DNA from: a virus
Lineage: Duplodnaviria; Caudoviricetes
Direction: 5' to 3' (one strand)
Length of the DNA stretch: 64,000 bases
Virus record (IMG/VR): IMGVR_UViG_3300032030_002802
Location: 135,079 to 199,078 of that record
Positions within the stretch are counted from its first letter, which is position 1. The number at the start of each line of letters is the position of its first letter. The translations under genes were made by a program, and so were the position numbers. The notes beneath the pieces were generated by a model. The model was not told the DNA's origin. It saw nothing but the letters and a program-made list of their open reading frames with translations, and ran no database searches. Positions 28,765 to 38,438 of the stretch are shown here, piece by piece.

Positions 28765-31700
28765 TTACTGGCTTAAGATGCTCACGGGGTCGTTCGCGCC
28801 GATCTCGCCGCGCCTGTACGCCCGAATCGCATCGCGCGCGGTCACGAACACACGCGGCCTGGCCTTCGACTGCGGAGCCGTCAGCCTGGCGAGACCGAGG
28901 GTCATCTCCATCATGGGGACGTACCGCGGCGACCGCAGGTCGGTGGTGGAGAACAGGTTCTTGCTCGGAAGCATCTTCTCGATCGCCTCGGCGACGGCCT
29001 TGTCGCTGGACGGGACGTGGAAGTTCATCGTGTCCCCGTCGTGATCGGCGGTAAAAGCCTTCTCGACGACCGGGTTCATCCGCATGGTGTTGCCCTCGAC
29101 GAGCGACGGCCAGAACGCCATGAGGTTGAACTTGTGCCACGTCGGCGCGCGGTCGAGGATGACCGGCCTGCGGCCCATCTCCTCGAGCAGCAGGTCCTTG
29201 GCCACCGGCTCGCGCTTCTCGATCAGCTCGGCCGCGCGCTCCTCGGAGTACCCGCGCCTGCGAAGCCCGCGGATGACGTAGTCCTTGTAGAGCGTCCACG
29301 CCTCGTTCTCCGGGATGCCGCACTGGTCCATGTCGTAGTTCGGCTCGGGGCTGATGACCGCGCGGCCGACCGAGTCGACAGCCTTGGATATGACCTTCGA
29401 CTGGAACAGCCCGAGCTTCGGACTTGTCCCTATTACCTGGCGGATGGCGCCCTTGAGCCGCTTCGCCTGGCCCTCGGGGCTGATCGGGTCGCCAAGCCCG
29501 TATGCAGCCTTGACAGCGTTGTACACGTTCAGCCGCTCCTCCGTGAGCCCGCTGTCCGGTACGTCCTTCTTCAGCTGCGAGAACGCGTCGGCAGATTCGA
29601 TCACGTCGCGGTACAGCTCGTTGATGTCGCTCACGAGGGCCGTGTCGCCCACCTTGGCGATCGGGCGGAACATCGGCGGAATGACCGGGATCTTGGTGAT
29701 CATCCAGTCCTTCGGCTCGACGCCCTGCTTCTTGCACCCGGCCAGGTAGCCGAGCACCTTCACGGCGTTGTCGCGGGCGGACCCGCGGGACTTGCGGACT
29801 ATGTCGCGCTGGCGGCGTATCTCCGCGTCGACGTCGATCGCGCCGAGCGCGGCCTGGAGCGCCTTGCCGCCTGTCATGCCGTTCAGCTGCTCCTCGCCGG
29901 ATATGACGGCCTGGAGCTTCTTGCCCGTGAGCCCGAGCAGCCTGCGGACGGGCTCCTCCATTACCGGATTCGGCACAGGCTCCGGAAGGGCTATCGCGGC
30001 CCACCGGCTGCGGTTTCCGTTGCCGCCGGTGAGGTACGGGTCGAACAGGCCGCCCTTGATCTCCTTCAGCTCGTCGTTGAGCATCCTGGAGTTCTGGATC
30101 ACGCGGCCGCCGGTCAGCTTGTCGGTATCGGCGTCGGTCATCGGGAGGATGTCGGTCGCGCGCTGCCCCTCGACTACGTTGATCCCGCCGGCGCGGAGGA
30201 GGTTCATGGCCTTCTGGTACACGAACGGGACCTGCGGCATCGGAAGCGGACCTCCGCTCCTGACGGCCTTCCAGTACTCCTCGTTCTTCGTGCCGCGGAT
30301 CGTCTGGACGTCCTTCATCACCTCGGTCGCGCCGTGCGCGATCAGGGCGTAGGTGTCGAGACCGGAGTTAGAAACAAGGCAGTCCGAGGCGCAATACTTG
30401 TGCGACCCGGCTACCGTTATGTCGTAGAGGCATATCTCGTCGTCCGGGCCGTGCTTGGGATCCTTGTACGGCTCCACCCGCGTAACAAGCACTGGAACGC
30501 TTCCCAGCGTATACGCCGTGTCCACGCCGACATACTCGTGCGGCATAGCGGCCACCTCCTTCACCAGCCACTTCTTGGAAGGAGGTATGTCCCCTGGACG
30601 CATGTATCTGGCCACTAGGCGAACCATGGCCCTGCACGCATCAGCGGACAAGCCGAGATAGGAGTAGTGACGAATCTCGCCGTTAACGCGCTTATGCAGA
30701 TCCCGAACCGAGACCGGTGCGCCGAGCCTGCCCTGCAGCCAGGATGCAAGGCGCTCGTTCTCGGCATGGGTGAATCCCTGCGTGGATATCGTGCCTGACG
30801 GACTGCCGGTAGGGACGCCGTTCTTAACGTGCCCAACGATGCACCCGTCGTCCACGAACCACGCCACTATGCCGACGTCGCCTATGCGGCTGAGGTCGAC
30901 ACGGTCTAGGTTCTTGCGTCCGAAGCTGCCGTCCGGCTGCCTGTAGAACATGTCCCTGAGGGGAATGACTATGTCGTGCCTGTGCAGCTCGTAGTACGAG
31001 ACGCGTACGCCCTCTCCCGACCCGTACCCGGAACGGCTCTTGCCCTGCGTGCTGCTCCGGCTGGACACGAGTGCACCGAGCGAACGCACCTTCCAGCTGA
31101 CATACATGTCCTGGTGGTGGCTGTGCTGCTCGTTGAAGTACGCCATGTTGGCGGTCTTCCCGCCGCGCACCTTCCACAGCCCGCCGTGCACGTTGCATAT
31201 TGCCCCGTCCCCGAGCATCGACCCCATGAGCAGGGACATCTGGTCATGCGTGGGTACATACCCGTAGCTGGTCAGCCAGTCGCCGGGGCGGACATCTCCG
31301 GCCAGTATCTCGCCGCGGTCCGGCGAGTACAGATGGTGCTGCCGGGTCACGTGCATCGTCTTCCCGGTGTACACCACGCGCTTCCTGGCGCAGTTGTCGC
31401 TGCCCGGAAGCCCGTCCACCGAAATGCTCAGCACCTCCGATACCTTCCCCTTCCGGCAGAACCAGTTGGTCACGAGCGAATAACCCCAGCTGCCGTCGGC
31501 GAACCGGGTCCAAACGTACTCAGGGATGCGCTTCTCCACTATATGGCCTATCGACTCCTCGCCGTGAAGGACGCGGATAGGCTGAGACGCGATGAAGCAC
31601 ATGCGCTTGGCACCGGTCTTGCCGCCCTTGGCCGGCTGCAGGTCGGCGGTGTATCCGCCTGCACCGCCCTTTGCGGAGATCTTCTTGTCGGCCAGGTGGT

Positions 31701-34410
31701 GCATGGCGTGGAAATACACGTAGCCGTCGCCTATGCCGTGCAGCGTGCGTCCGGTCTCCGGGTCGAACACGTCCGCCGTGGGGCTGACCCCGGCCGCGGC
31801 GAGCTGGTTGGACGCCCAGCGGGCCCAGCCCTCTGGCGGAGGGTCCTGCGGGATGCGCACCTGCCGGCCCGTGGCCTTGGCGAGCTTGCCGAGAGCGGTC
31901 TCGATAAGCTGGCCGGGCGCGACCCGCGACGGGATGCCCATCGGGTTCATGAGGATGTCGTACGGCTCGTTCGTGGCCGCGTCGCGCGGCATCTTGTCGT
32001 CCGGCACGATCCGGCCAACGACGCCCTTCAGCGCGAAACGCGGGCTTAGCTTGTCGGCGATCTGCATCGGGGGCGTCGCCTTGACGTTGACCTTCGCGCG
32101 ACCGCGGAACACGGACGAGCTGACCACGGTGCCGGGGTAGTCGTGGTCCCACACCTGGGACTTGTCCGTGAACGCCCCGCGCAGGACCTTGCTGAGCTTC
32201 CCTAGGTTCGCGTCCTCGGCCGTCAGCAGCTTCGGCCCGACGGCGACGGCGATCGGGTCGCCCTTGTTGAGGACCGTCCCCTCCTTGACGACGCCGTTGT
32301 CGTCGAGGGTGGCGTACTGCTCCTTGGTGAAGCGCTTCGGGAACGCGGACATGTACTTGTTGAGCCCGAGCGTGCCGCCGTCCCGCGGGTCCGACTCGAA
32401 TCCGTAGAGACGGTCGGTAGCGAGCTTCTTGGCGGCGGACTCGCTGATGACGATGGCGTCCTCGTAAGAATAGCCCTTGTACGGCAACCACGCCATGCGC
32501 AGGTTGACCCCCATCGACAGCCCGCCGGTCTTCTTGTCCACGAAGTTCGACGCTGCAAGCATGTCGTCCGCAGCCACCTTGTCCCCGACCTTGACGGTGG
32601 GGGTGTAGGTCAAACCGGTGAGCCCGTTGAACGGGAAGTCGGTCACTGTCTCGACGAAGTGCTTCTTGCCCTGCGCGTCCGTCACGGTCACGCCCTTGTC
32701 CGTGACCTTCGTGACGACGCCCTCGGCTGGCGACCGCAGCGTGCCGAGACGCCGGCCGTAGTGCTCGCTCCAGGTCATCTTGCCGTCCGGCATCAGAGAG
32801 TCGACGAGCGGCACCTCGCCCTTGGCCGTGGGCAGGTACTGCCCCCAGAACTTCGCGCCGTAGAACTGGCGCCCGCCCTGCACAGACGTGGGCATGGGGT
32901 TGAGGTTCACGTTCGACGAGAACAGCCCAGACATGCTGGGCACGAAGTAGTCCACCTCGTCGCGCGGCACCATCTGCACGCGTCCGCCCTTCATGGCCGG
33001 GATGCGCTCCGCCTTCGGATCAGGGTTCGGAAACCCGATGACCGAGTCCGAGGCCTTGTCGCACGCTACGTACTCCCTGCGCCCCTGGCGGTTAAGAAAA
33101 AGCGAATACAGCCTGCCGTCGGACCCCTTACGGGCGTGCACGCTGAGACGGGCGTCAACGCCGATCTTCTCGTTCTCGGGACCGGCCAGCACGTCGATGT
33201 AGTTGAGGTTGCCTGGGTTCACCTGCCGCGCCTCGTCCGTCACCACGTCCGCCGACCCGATGCCACCCTCGCCCATGCGGGTGACGCGCATCATCTGCTC
33301 CTCGAGCGCCATGGGGTTCGAGTTGTCCCCCGGCATGGCGAGGCCAGACCCCTGCAGGAGCTCGTTGTGCCACCCAGAGAACGCGCCGCGCCCTACAGGC
33401 TTGAGCGACCCGGCACGGGAGATCTTCGCCATGATGTTGCGCGACAGCTTGCCGGCGTCCTTCTCTATGCGCTCGCGGTACAGGTCCTCGATGCCGAGCA
33501 CGTTGGCGAAACCGGGATTGTCGCGGTCGTCCGGCTTCTCCTCCCCACGGTTGACGTTGAACATCTTGGACGCGGCGCGGAGAAGCACTTCCGGGGTGAT
33601 GCCCTCGGCTGCGATGCCGAGGGTCCTGACCGTGACGCCGGGGTCAAGGGCGAACTTCGGCAGCGTGTCCGCAAGGTACCGCTCCTTCGACACGAGGTCC
33701 TGGGCGGTGGCGTTATAGCCGGCGAACGCGCTGTAGAGCTTGTCGACCGCCGACCGCCCGGCCATGCTCGCGGCCTTCGCCGCATTGGCGTGGGCCACGT
33801 CCGCGCCCCAGGCCTTGACCATCTGCTGGTCTGACACGCCGAGGGCCTTGAGAAGCGGATACAGCGGCATGTTGGCGTGCCCGACGTTGACCGTCACCAC
33901 GCCGGTGGACGGCTCCATGCGCAGGCGGAACCCGCGGCCCGTGCCGGGGCGGACGTTGAACTGCGTCTCGACGTCGCCAGACCGGCGGACGCGGGTGTAC
34001 ACGCCCGGCCGGAGCCTGAGCTGGTTGGCCACCGTGTACTCGCTGCCGTTGTTGATGACCGTCCCGCGGTCCGTGTAGTACGGGACGTGCATGACGACCT
34101 CGTCCTTCTCGTCCACCACGGCGTTGTCGGCCTTCCGGATGAGGCGGAAATGCCCGCTGACCGGCGTGTGCAGCGGCTGGTCGTTCAGGAGCGCGTGCTT
34201 CTGCTGCGCGAGCGTGAACTCCTGCGGGCCGGTGTACCTGACGTCAGACAGCTCAAGCCTGTACGACTTGTTCTCAAGCGGGAAGCGCCTCTTGAGCGCC
34301 TCGAGCGTACCGGAGTAGATTCCGGCACGCGCGGCCTTGGGGTCGTCGAACGCCCGCAGAGTGACGCCCTGCGGGACGATGGGCTCGTCGTCTGTAATAG
34401 TGTCTGCCAT
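28765..34410 (-). CDS. Phage DNA-directed RNA polymerase: beta subunit fused to N-terminal half of beta', intein-containing (1881 aa precursor)
   Basis: ATG at 34410 with AGGAGGAG RBS. Beta motifs INNGSEY..QL, GYSYEDAIVIS, DKLSPRFALKG, NPMGIPSR; beta' motifs GGLFD, PVIPPMFRP, GRAVISP, RAPTWH, TADHDGD. Confidence 0.92.
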   Translation of the reverse strand: MADTITDDEPIVPQGVTLRAFDDPKAARAGIYSGTLEALKRRFPLENKSYRLELSDVRYTGPQEFTLAQQKHALLNDQPLHTPVSGHFRLIRKADNAVVDEKDEVVMHVPYYTDRGTVINNGSEYTVANQLRLRPGVYTRVRRSGDVETQFNVRPGTGRGFRLRMEPSTGVVTVNVGHANMPLYPLLKALGVSDQQMVKAWGADVAHANAAKAASMAGRSAVDKLYSAFAGYNATAQDLVSKERYLADTLPKFALDPGVTVRTLGIAAEGITPEVLLRAASKMFNVNRGEEKPDDRDNPGFANVLGIEDLYRERIEKDAGKLSRNIMAKISRAGSLKPVGRGAFSGWHNELLQGSGLAMPGDNSNPMALEEQMMRVTRMGEGGIGSADVVTDEARQVNPGNLNYIDVLAGPENEKIGVDARLSVHARKGSDGRLYSLFLNRQGRREYVACDKASDSVIGFPNPDPKAERIPAMKGGRVQMVPRDEVDYFVPSMSGLFSSNVNLNPMPTSVQGGRQFYGAKFWGQYLPTAKGEVPLVDSLMPDGKMTWSEHYGRRLGTLRSPAEGVVTKVTDKGVTVTDAQGKKHFVETVTDFPFNGLTGLTYTPTVKVGDKVAADDMLAASNFVDKKTGGLSMGVNLRMAWLPYKGYSYEDAIVISESAAKKLATDRLYGFESDPRDGGTLGLNKYMSAFPKRFTKEQYATLDDNGVVKEGTVLNKGDPIAVAVGPKLLTAEDANLGKLSKVLRGAFTDKSQVWDHDYPGTVVSSSVFRGRAKVNVKATPPMQIADKLSPRFALKGVVGRIVPDDKMPRDAATNEPYDILMNPMGIPSRVAPGQLIETALGKLAKATGRQVRIPQDPPPEGWARWASNQLAAAGVSPTADVFDPETGRTLHGIGDGYVYFHAMHHLADKKISAKGGAGGYTADLQPAKGGKTGAKRMCFIASQPIRVLHGEESIGHIVEKRIPEYVWTRFADGSWGYSLVTNWFCRKGKVSEVLSISVDGLPGSDNCARKRVVYTGKTMHVTRQHHLYSPDRGEILAGDVRPGDWLTSYGYVPTHDQMSLLMGSMLGDGAICNVHGGLWKVRGGKTANMAYFNEQHSHHQDMYVSWKVRSLGALVSSRSSTQGKSRSGYGSGEGVRVSYYELHRHDIVIPLRDMFYRQPDGSFGRKNLDRVDLSRIGDVGIVAWFVDDGCIVGHVKNGVPTGSPSGTISTQGFTHAENERLASWLQGRLGAPVSVRDLHKRVNGEIRHYSYLGLSADACRAMVRLVARYMRPGDIPPSKKWLVKEVAAMPHEYVGVDTAYTLGSVPVLVTRVEPYKDPKHGPDDEICLYDITVAGSHKYCASDCLVSNSGLDTYALIAHGATEVMKDVQTIRGTKNEEYWKAVRSGGPLPMPQVPFVYQKAMNLLRAGGINVVEGQRATDILPMTDADTDKLTGGRVIQNSRMLNDELKEIKGGLFDPYLTGGNGNRSRWAAIALPEPVPNPVMEEPVRRLLGLTGKKLQAVISGEEQLNGMTGGKALQAALGAIDVDAEIRRQRDIVRKSRGSARDNAVKVLGYLAGCKKQGVEPKDWMITKIPVIPPMFRPIAKVGDTALVSDINELYRDVIESADAFSQLKKDVPDSGLTEERLNVYNAVKAAYGLGDPISPEGQAKRLKGAIRQVIGTSPKLGLFQSKVISKAVDSVGRAVISPEPNYDMDQCGIPENEAWTLYKDYVIRGLRRRGYSEERAAELIEKREPVAKDLLLEEMGRRPVILDRAPTWHKFNLMAFWPSLVEGNTMRMNPVVEKAFTADHDGDTMNFHVPSSDKAVAEAIEKMLPSKNLFSTTDLRSPRYVPMMEMTLGLARLTAPQSKARPRVFVTARDAIRAYRRGEIGANDPVSILSQ
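30367..31599 (-). mobile_element. Intein with LAGLIDADG homing endonuclease (411 aa)
   Basis: AKRM|CFIASQPI... LLMGSMLGDG and VAWFVDDG blocks ...LYDITVAGSHKYCASDCLVSN|SGLD. Removal restores KRMSGLDTYAL (equivalent of QRFGEMEVWAL). Confidence 0.92.
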
Positions 34411-34418
34411 GTCTCCTC

Positions 34419-35960
34419 CTAGTACCCCTGCGCATACTGGGCGTCGTCCCCTCCGCCACCGCCGTACATGTTGTACAGGATCATGGCCGGCAGCCCCAAA
34501 GACCCGGCCCCGCCGTAGAACCCCATCTGGCCGAGGTGCCCGGCGGCGTCTCCGTAGTTGCCCTGGGATGCGCTGCTCGCCATGTTGTACAGCGTATCGG
34601 CCTGCCAGCCGGTCTTTCCGAGCGCAACACGCCCTGCGGGCATGATGGTGTCCTTGCCCCAGTTGAACACGTTCTTCGTGGCCTGCCACGGGTGCATGAC
34701 CGTGTTCTGGATGCTCGCACCGGGATGGCGCGCGAAGTTGTACAACCCGCGTACCGGACGGCCTATGCCGTTGCGGGCCGTGTCCCATATGATACGCCCG
34801 GGACCGCCACGGCCGACAACCGTCTTCTTTATGCCCTCCACCGGATTCGCGAACGTGCCTACGGCCTTGAACGGCATAGCAACGGTCTCGCCCATGGCGT
34901 CTACGCCGTTTGCCACCATGTTGCGCGCGCCCTGCATGGCGCGGGCGCCCCACGACGCCCCGGTAGTGCCGGCGCTCGTGGCCGCCGAGGTACCGCGTAT
35001 CGCACTGGACAGAGCCCTCGTGCCCGCCATGACCCCGCGCCCTGCAAGCTTTCCGGCCGCCCCGAAGCCGGCCGTCGCAAGGGTGTCACCAGCCAACGCG
35101 CCGACCGCGGTATTGCCGAACCGGTTAGCGCCCCCGATCCAGCTTCCGCTGTTGCCGCGCAGATCACTGTCGTGGAAGTTGTTCTCTATGAGCTGCCGTT
35201 TCGCCTCGAACGCCGCATCTGCGTTCGCACGCGTGTTCTGGTACGACCTCTTCCTCTTGAGTGCTTCGGTGCTGTTGCCGTACGAACCCCAGTCCAGGAG
35301 GTACTCATTTCCAAGACGAGCCAGCTGCGCGGCGTTGTGCGCCGCGCTGTTCGCCTGTATCTGGAAATTGTTGGCCACGTCATGGCCGATGGTGCCCCAG
35401 TCCTGGTTGGCGGTCCGGTAATACTGCTTCATCCAGTCGGAGTATGACGTACCCTTCGGGGCGCTGGTGAGGTACGACAGGTTAGACCCTACCGCATCGG
35501 CAATGAGCTTGAACGGGGCGGCAATCGCAGTGCCGATGCCCTTGCCCACGGCCGTATCCCCCCATGTCGACACGCCACCGTTAGCCTGGATCTCACGCAT
35601 GATCTCGGCCCGGCTCTTGCGCTTGACGATCTCAGGGTTCTTCCTGGCATAGGCCTCGAACGCCGCCTGGTTGCGCTTCCTCCGCGCCACGACGTCCGGC
35701 AAATTGTCGTACGCCTTGTTCCCGGTAAGCCCGAACTTGCCGGCCTGGGCCCGCTGCGCCGCCTGCGCCTGCTGCCTGCGCGACTGCTCCATCTTGGCCC
35801 CGTAGTCCGCCGGAAGGATCCGGTTGGTGACTACCGCAGGGGCCGCGCGCTTGTACAGCGCACCGCGGATGAGCCCGCCGACAGTCACCCCCGGCTGGCC
35901 CCTGACGCCGTGCATGTGCCCGACGAGCAGGCCCGATAGATCTGTGCCACGCGTGCCCAT
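34419..35960 (-). CDS. Hypothetical basic Gly/Ala-rich protein between the two RNAP genes, 513 aa
   Basis: ATG at 35960 coupled to the beta'-C stop; leader ends GALYKRA; glycine zippers; (R/M)HP(G/W) repeats. Confidence 0.75.
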   Translation of the reverse strand: MGTRGTDLSGLLVGHMHGVRGQPGVTVGGLIRGALYKRAAPAVVTNRILPADYGAKMEQSRRQQAQAAQRAQAGKFGLTGNKAYDNLPDVVARRKRNQAAFEAYARKNPEIVKRKSRAEIMREIQANGGVSTWGDTAVGKGIGTAIAAPFKLIADAVGSNLSYLTSAPKGTSYSDWMKQYYRTANQDWGTIGHDVANNFQIQANSAAHNAAQLARLGNEYLLDWGSYGNSTEALKRKRSYQNTRANADAAFEAKRQLIENNFHDSDLRGNSGSWIGGANRFGNTAVGALAGDTLATAGFGAAGKLAGRGVMAGTRALSSAIRGTSAATSAGTTGASWGARAMQGARNMVANGVDAMGETVAMPFKAVGTFANPVEGIKKTVVGRGGPGRIIWDTARNGIGRPVRGLYNFARHPGASIQNTVMHPWQATKNVFNWGKDTIMPAGRVALGKTGWQADTLYNMASSASQGNYGDAAGHLGQMGFYGGAGSLGLPAMILYNMYGGGGGDDAQYAQGY

Positions 35961-37813
35961 CAGTACTCTCCCTTCGTGGATATGTCCCTGCCGAGCTCGA
36001 CGCCCTTCGCGAGCGACGGAATGGGGTTGGTGCTGTGAAGCTCTGAATGCGCCCCCTGCTGCGCGTCCTCGAGCAGCCGGTCCTTGAGGTACGACGTCCC
36101 GAGACGCGCCATCCAGTTCCCTGAGTACGCCGGCGACTCGGCCACGCTGACCATGTGCGGCATGACGCCGGGGGCTGTCTTGTTCGCGGTGACCTCGGTG
36201 CAGCCGTGCCGCTTGAGCGCCTTGACGACGCTCGGAGTCACTCGAGTCCCAATGGTGTAGTGCAGCACCGGGGCCTCGAGATACTGCCCCACGGCCTTGT
36301 CCAGGGGCACCTGCGCCGACCCCTCGCGCGGCGTGTACCCGCTCGCCCACGCGCTGTAGCGCACTATGTCGCCAGGAAGCGCGTCGCCCTCGGAGTCGGG
36401 GTTCTCCACCTGCACGTTGTTGACCAGGGCGCGCGAGAGGATCTCCACGTTGCGGCGGTTGACGCCGTAATGCGAGTCCCTGAACGCCTGGGTGAAGCGG
36501 TTCGTGAAATACCTGCGTCCCTCGCCGATCCCCTTGTACGCCACGACGTCGGCCGGGGACACGAGACCCGACGACACCGCGTCGCCGGCCTCCACCTTGT
36601 CGCCGGGCTTGACCGACACCTTCAGCGCGGCCGGGACGTATATCTTGTTGTCGCGGTCGTCGTCTAGCACGACGTACTGGCCGCCCTGCGGCGCGTCCTC
36701 GATCGCGGACACGGTGCCGTCGACGGAGGACACGGACGCCTTCACGTCATACGCCTTGGGCACCATCGTGAGGTCCTTGAGCGCGTCGAACCCGACGTAC
36801 GCGCCGAGGTCGGAGCGCTTTCCGCTGTGTTTCGTGTTGAGAGAATTTTGGGCGATCTGCTCGCCCAAGGCCGACGCCGCGTTCACGCCGGCGTTGTACC
36901 CGATCTCCGGGAACCGGCCGGTCTCGCGTATGCCCACGCACATCTTGCACAGGCCGTCCTTGCACCCGCACGTTATCGGCGAGCGGACAACTATCTCGTC
37001 CTCCCCGGACGCGCGGATCTTGTCCAGCACGGGCTTGGTGATGACCGTGCCCGGCTTGAACCCCGCGACCTCTGACTGCAGCACGGACCCAACGCTGTCG
37101 TTGTCGTCAACCGAGACTGGAACGCCGTTGGCCGTGCCACAGTCGTCCGTTGTCACGACCTGGTCGATCGCGGCCGCGTTCATCATCTTGCTGAGGTAGC
37201 CGCCCTTCTGCGTGCCGAGCTTGGTGCCTATGACGCCGAGGCGCGCGCCGTAGCCTGCGGCCCAGTACTCGTGCGGCTTGAGGCCCTCGGCGTACGCGCT
37301 GCCGATGAAGATAGGAACGATCTTGCCGTCGCTGTCAGTGTAGGTGCCGGGAGACGTCAGCATGGCCCCAAGCTGGTTCTTGTTTCCGCGGGCCTTGTAC
37401 TTCGCCTGGATCGCAAACGGGTTGTTGTTCGCGAGGGCGTTCGAGTAGGTCTCGTCGGTAAGCCGCTTCGTCGCCTCGCCGTACAGGGCCTCGATCGCGT
37501 CGTCCTTCTGGGCCTGGGTAAGCCTGCTGTCGGACAGTATGGCCTGCTCCTGACGCTTCACCTCGTCCAGCAGCGGCTGCTTGTCCACAACCGGCACCAG
37601 GTCGTTGAGGGTTATCGTGGACCCCTCGTCGAACGCCGCGTTGCGCCCGAGCTGGACCAGCTTCCAGCACACCTCGCGGTAGCGCTCGGGATGCTCCCGG
37701 GCGAGCTGGCCGAGAAGCGCGTTGATCTCGTCCTGCCCGAGCGTGCGCGTGTAGTCGCGCATCTCGGGAGGAAGGGCCTCGTTCACGAGGAGCTGCCCAG
37801 GTGTTGCGAGCAT
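35960..37813 (-). CDS. RNA polymerase beta' C-terminal half (RpoC2-like), 617 aa
   Basis: ARGNKNQL; bridge helix EGLKPHEYWAAGYGARLG...GGYLSK; DDCGT; RSPITC..GLCKMC; trigger loop LGEQIAQNSLNTKH. Confidence 0.92.
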   Translation of the reverse strand: MLATPGQLLVNEALPPEMRDYTRTLGQDEINALLGQLAREHPERYREVCWKLVQLGRNAAFDEGSTITLNDLVPVVDKQPLLDEVKRQEQAILSDSRLTQAQKDDAIEALYGEATKRLTDETYSNALANNNPFAIQAKYKARGNKNQLGAMLTSPGTYTDSDGKIVPIFIGSAYAEGLKPHEYWAAGYGARLGVIGTKLGTQKGGYLSKMMNAAAIDQVVTTDDCGTANGVPVSVDDNDSVGSVLQSEVAGFKPGTVITKPVLDKIRASGEDEIVVRSPITCGCKDGLCKMCVGIRETGRFPEIGYNAGVNAASALGEQIAQNSLNTKHSGKRSDLGAYVGFDALKDLTMVPKAYDVKASVSSVDGTVSAIEDAPQGGQYVVLDDDRDNKIYVPAALKVSVKPGDKVEAGDAVSSGLVSPADVVAYKGIGEGRRYFTNRFTQAFRDSHYGVNRRNVEILSRALVNNVQVENPDSEGDALPGDIVRYSAWASGYTPREGSAQVPLDKAVGQYLEAPVLHYTIGTRVTPSVVKALKRHGCTEVTANKTAPGVMPHMVSVAESPAYSGNWMARLGTSYLKDRLLEDAQQGAHSELHSTNPIPSLAKGVELGRDISTKGEY

Positions 37814-37838
37814 TGGATCCCTCTACCCGGTTACCGAC

Positions 37839-38438
37839 TCAAGTGGCCGACTTATCGCCGCCACCAAACGCAGCCCTGCCCAGCCCGTACAACCCTCCAG
37901 CGCCGGCAAGAGCCGTACCAGTCCTCGCGGCGATCATGCCGGTTCTCGCGCGACGGGTCGCATCGATCGCCTCACGGCGTTTGGTGATCAGCCCGAGCAG
38001 GTCGCTCTTGAGCTGGTCTATCCTGCCGCGCAGGTTACTACCTACTGTGGCGTTACTGGCCGCCGAGCTGTGCTGGAATTTTGAATACGTGGACCGCGCA
38101 TTAGCCAGCCCCTTGCTGACCGCGTCCTTGTCACGCCCCAGGCTTGCAACAGACTCACGCAGCTGCTTGAGGCGTGAACCGGTGAGCGCACCCCAGTAGC
38201 TCTTTGCGCCGCGGCCCACGGCCTGCCCTACGCGGCTGTTGGCCACGGCCCTACCGGCGTTTGCGATCCAGGCCGGGAGGGCCTCCTTGTACAGGGCCCC
38301 GGGGTCGACCCCCATGGCCTCGGCGGCCTTGCAGAAGCCGGCGGCGAACGCCTGCTCCTCAGGGGTGAACTGGGCCGCTGCGGTCTTTGTCAACGCGGCC
38401 CTGCGGGCCTGCGAACGGATTGCTGCTGTCTTGCCCAT
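37839..38438 (-). CDS. Hypothetical protein with KTAAIRSQARR leader and AGFCKAAEA cassette, 199 aa
   Basis: Shares DNA repeats with 20188-21051 and payload similarity (LPAW...LTGSR) with 19575-20156. Confidence 0.75.
   Translation of the reverse strand: MGKTAAIRSQARRAALTKTAAAQFTPEEQAFAAGFCKAAEAMGVDPGALYKEALPAWIANAGRAVANSRVGQAVGRGAKSYWGALTGSRLKQLRESVASLGRDKDAVSKGLANARSTYSKFQHSSAASNATVGSNLRGRIDQLKSDLLGLITKRREAIDATRRARTGMIAARTGTALAGAGGLYGLGRAAFGGGDKSAT
38296..38360. repeat. 65-bp exact repeat, copy 2
   Basis: Identical to 20654-20718. Confidence 0.95.

Noticed and set aside
34411-34953. ORF-track N-terminal extension of the RNAP (2062 aa) and similar extensions of 34419-36350, 62407-63651, 60654-61733 and 14853-16493
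   Set aside because: They overlap upstream genes in another frame; downstream ATGs have RBSs or stop-start coupling and match family N-termini.
28765-37813. Bacterial rpoBC locus or host contamination
   Set aside because: Highly diverged motifs, reversed split order, no ribosomal protein genes, and embedded among phage head genes.
20654-38360. 65-bp direct repeats as att sites or transposon ends flanking the RNAP region
   Set aside because: Both copies are in-frame coding cassettes, a third diverged copy exists, and no integrase or transposase is present.
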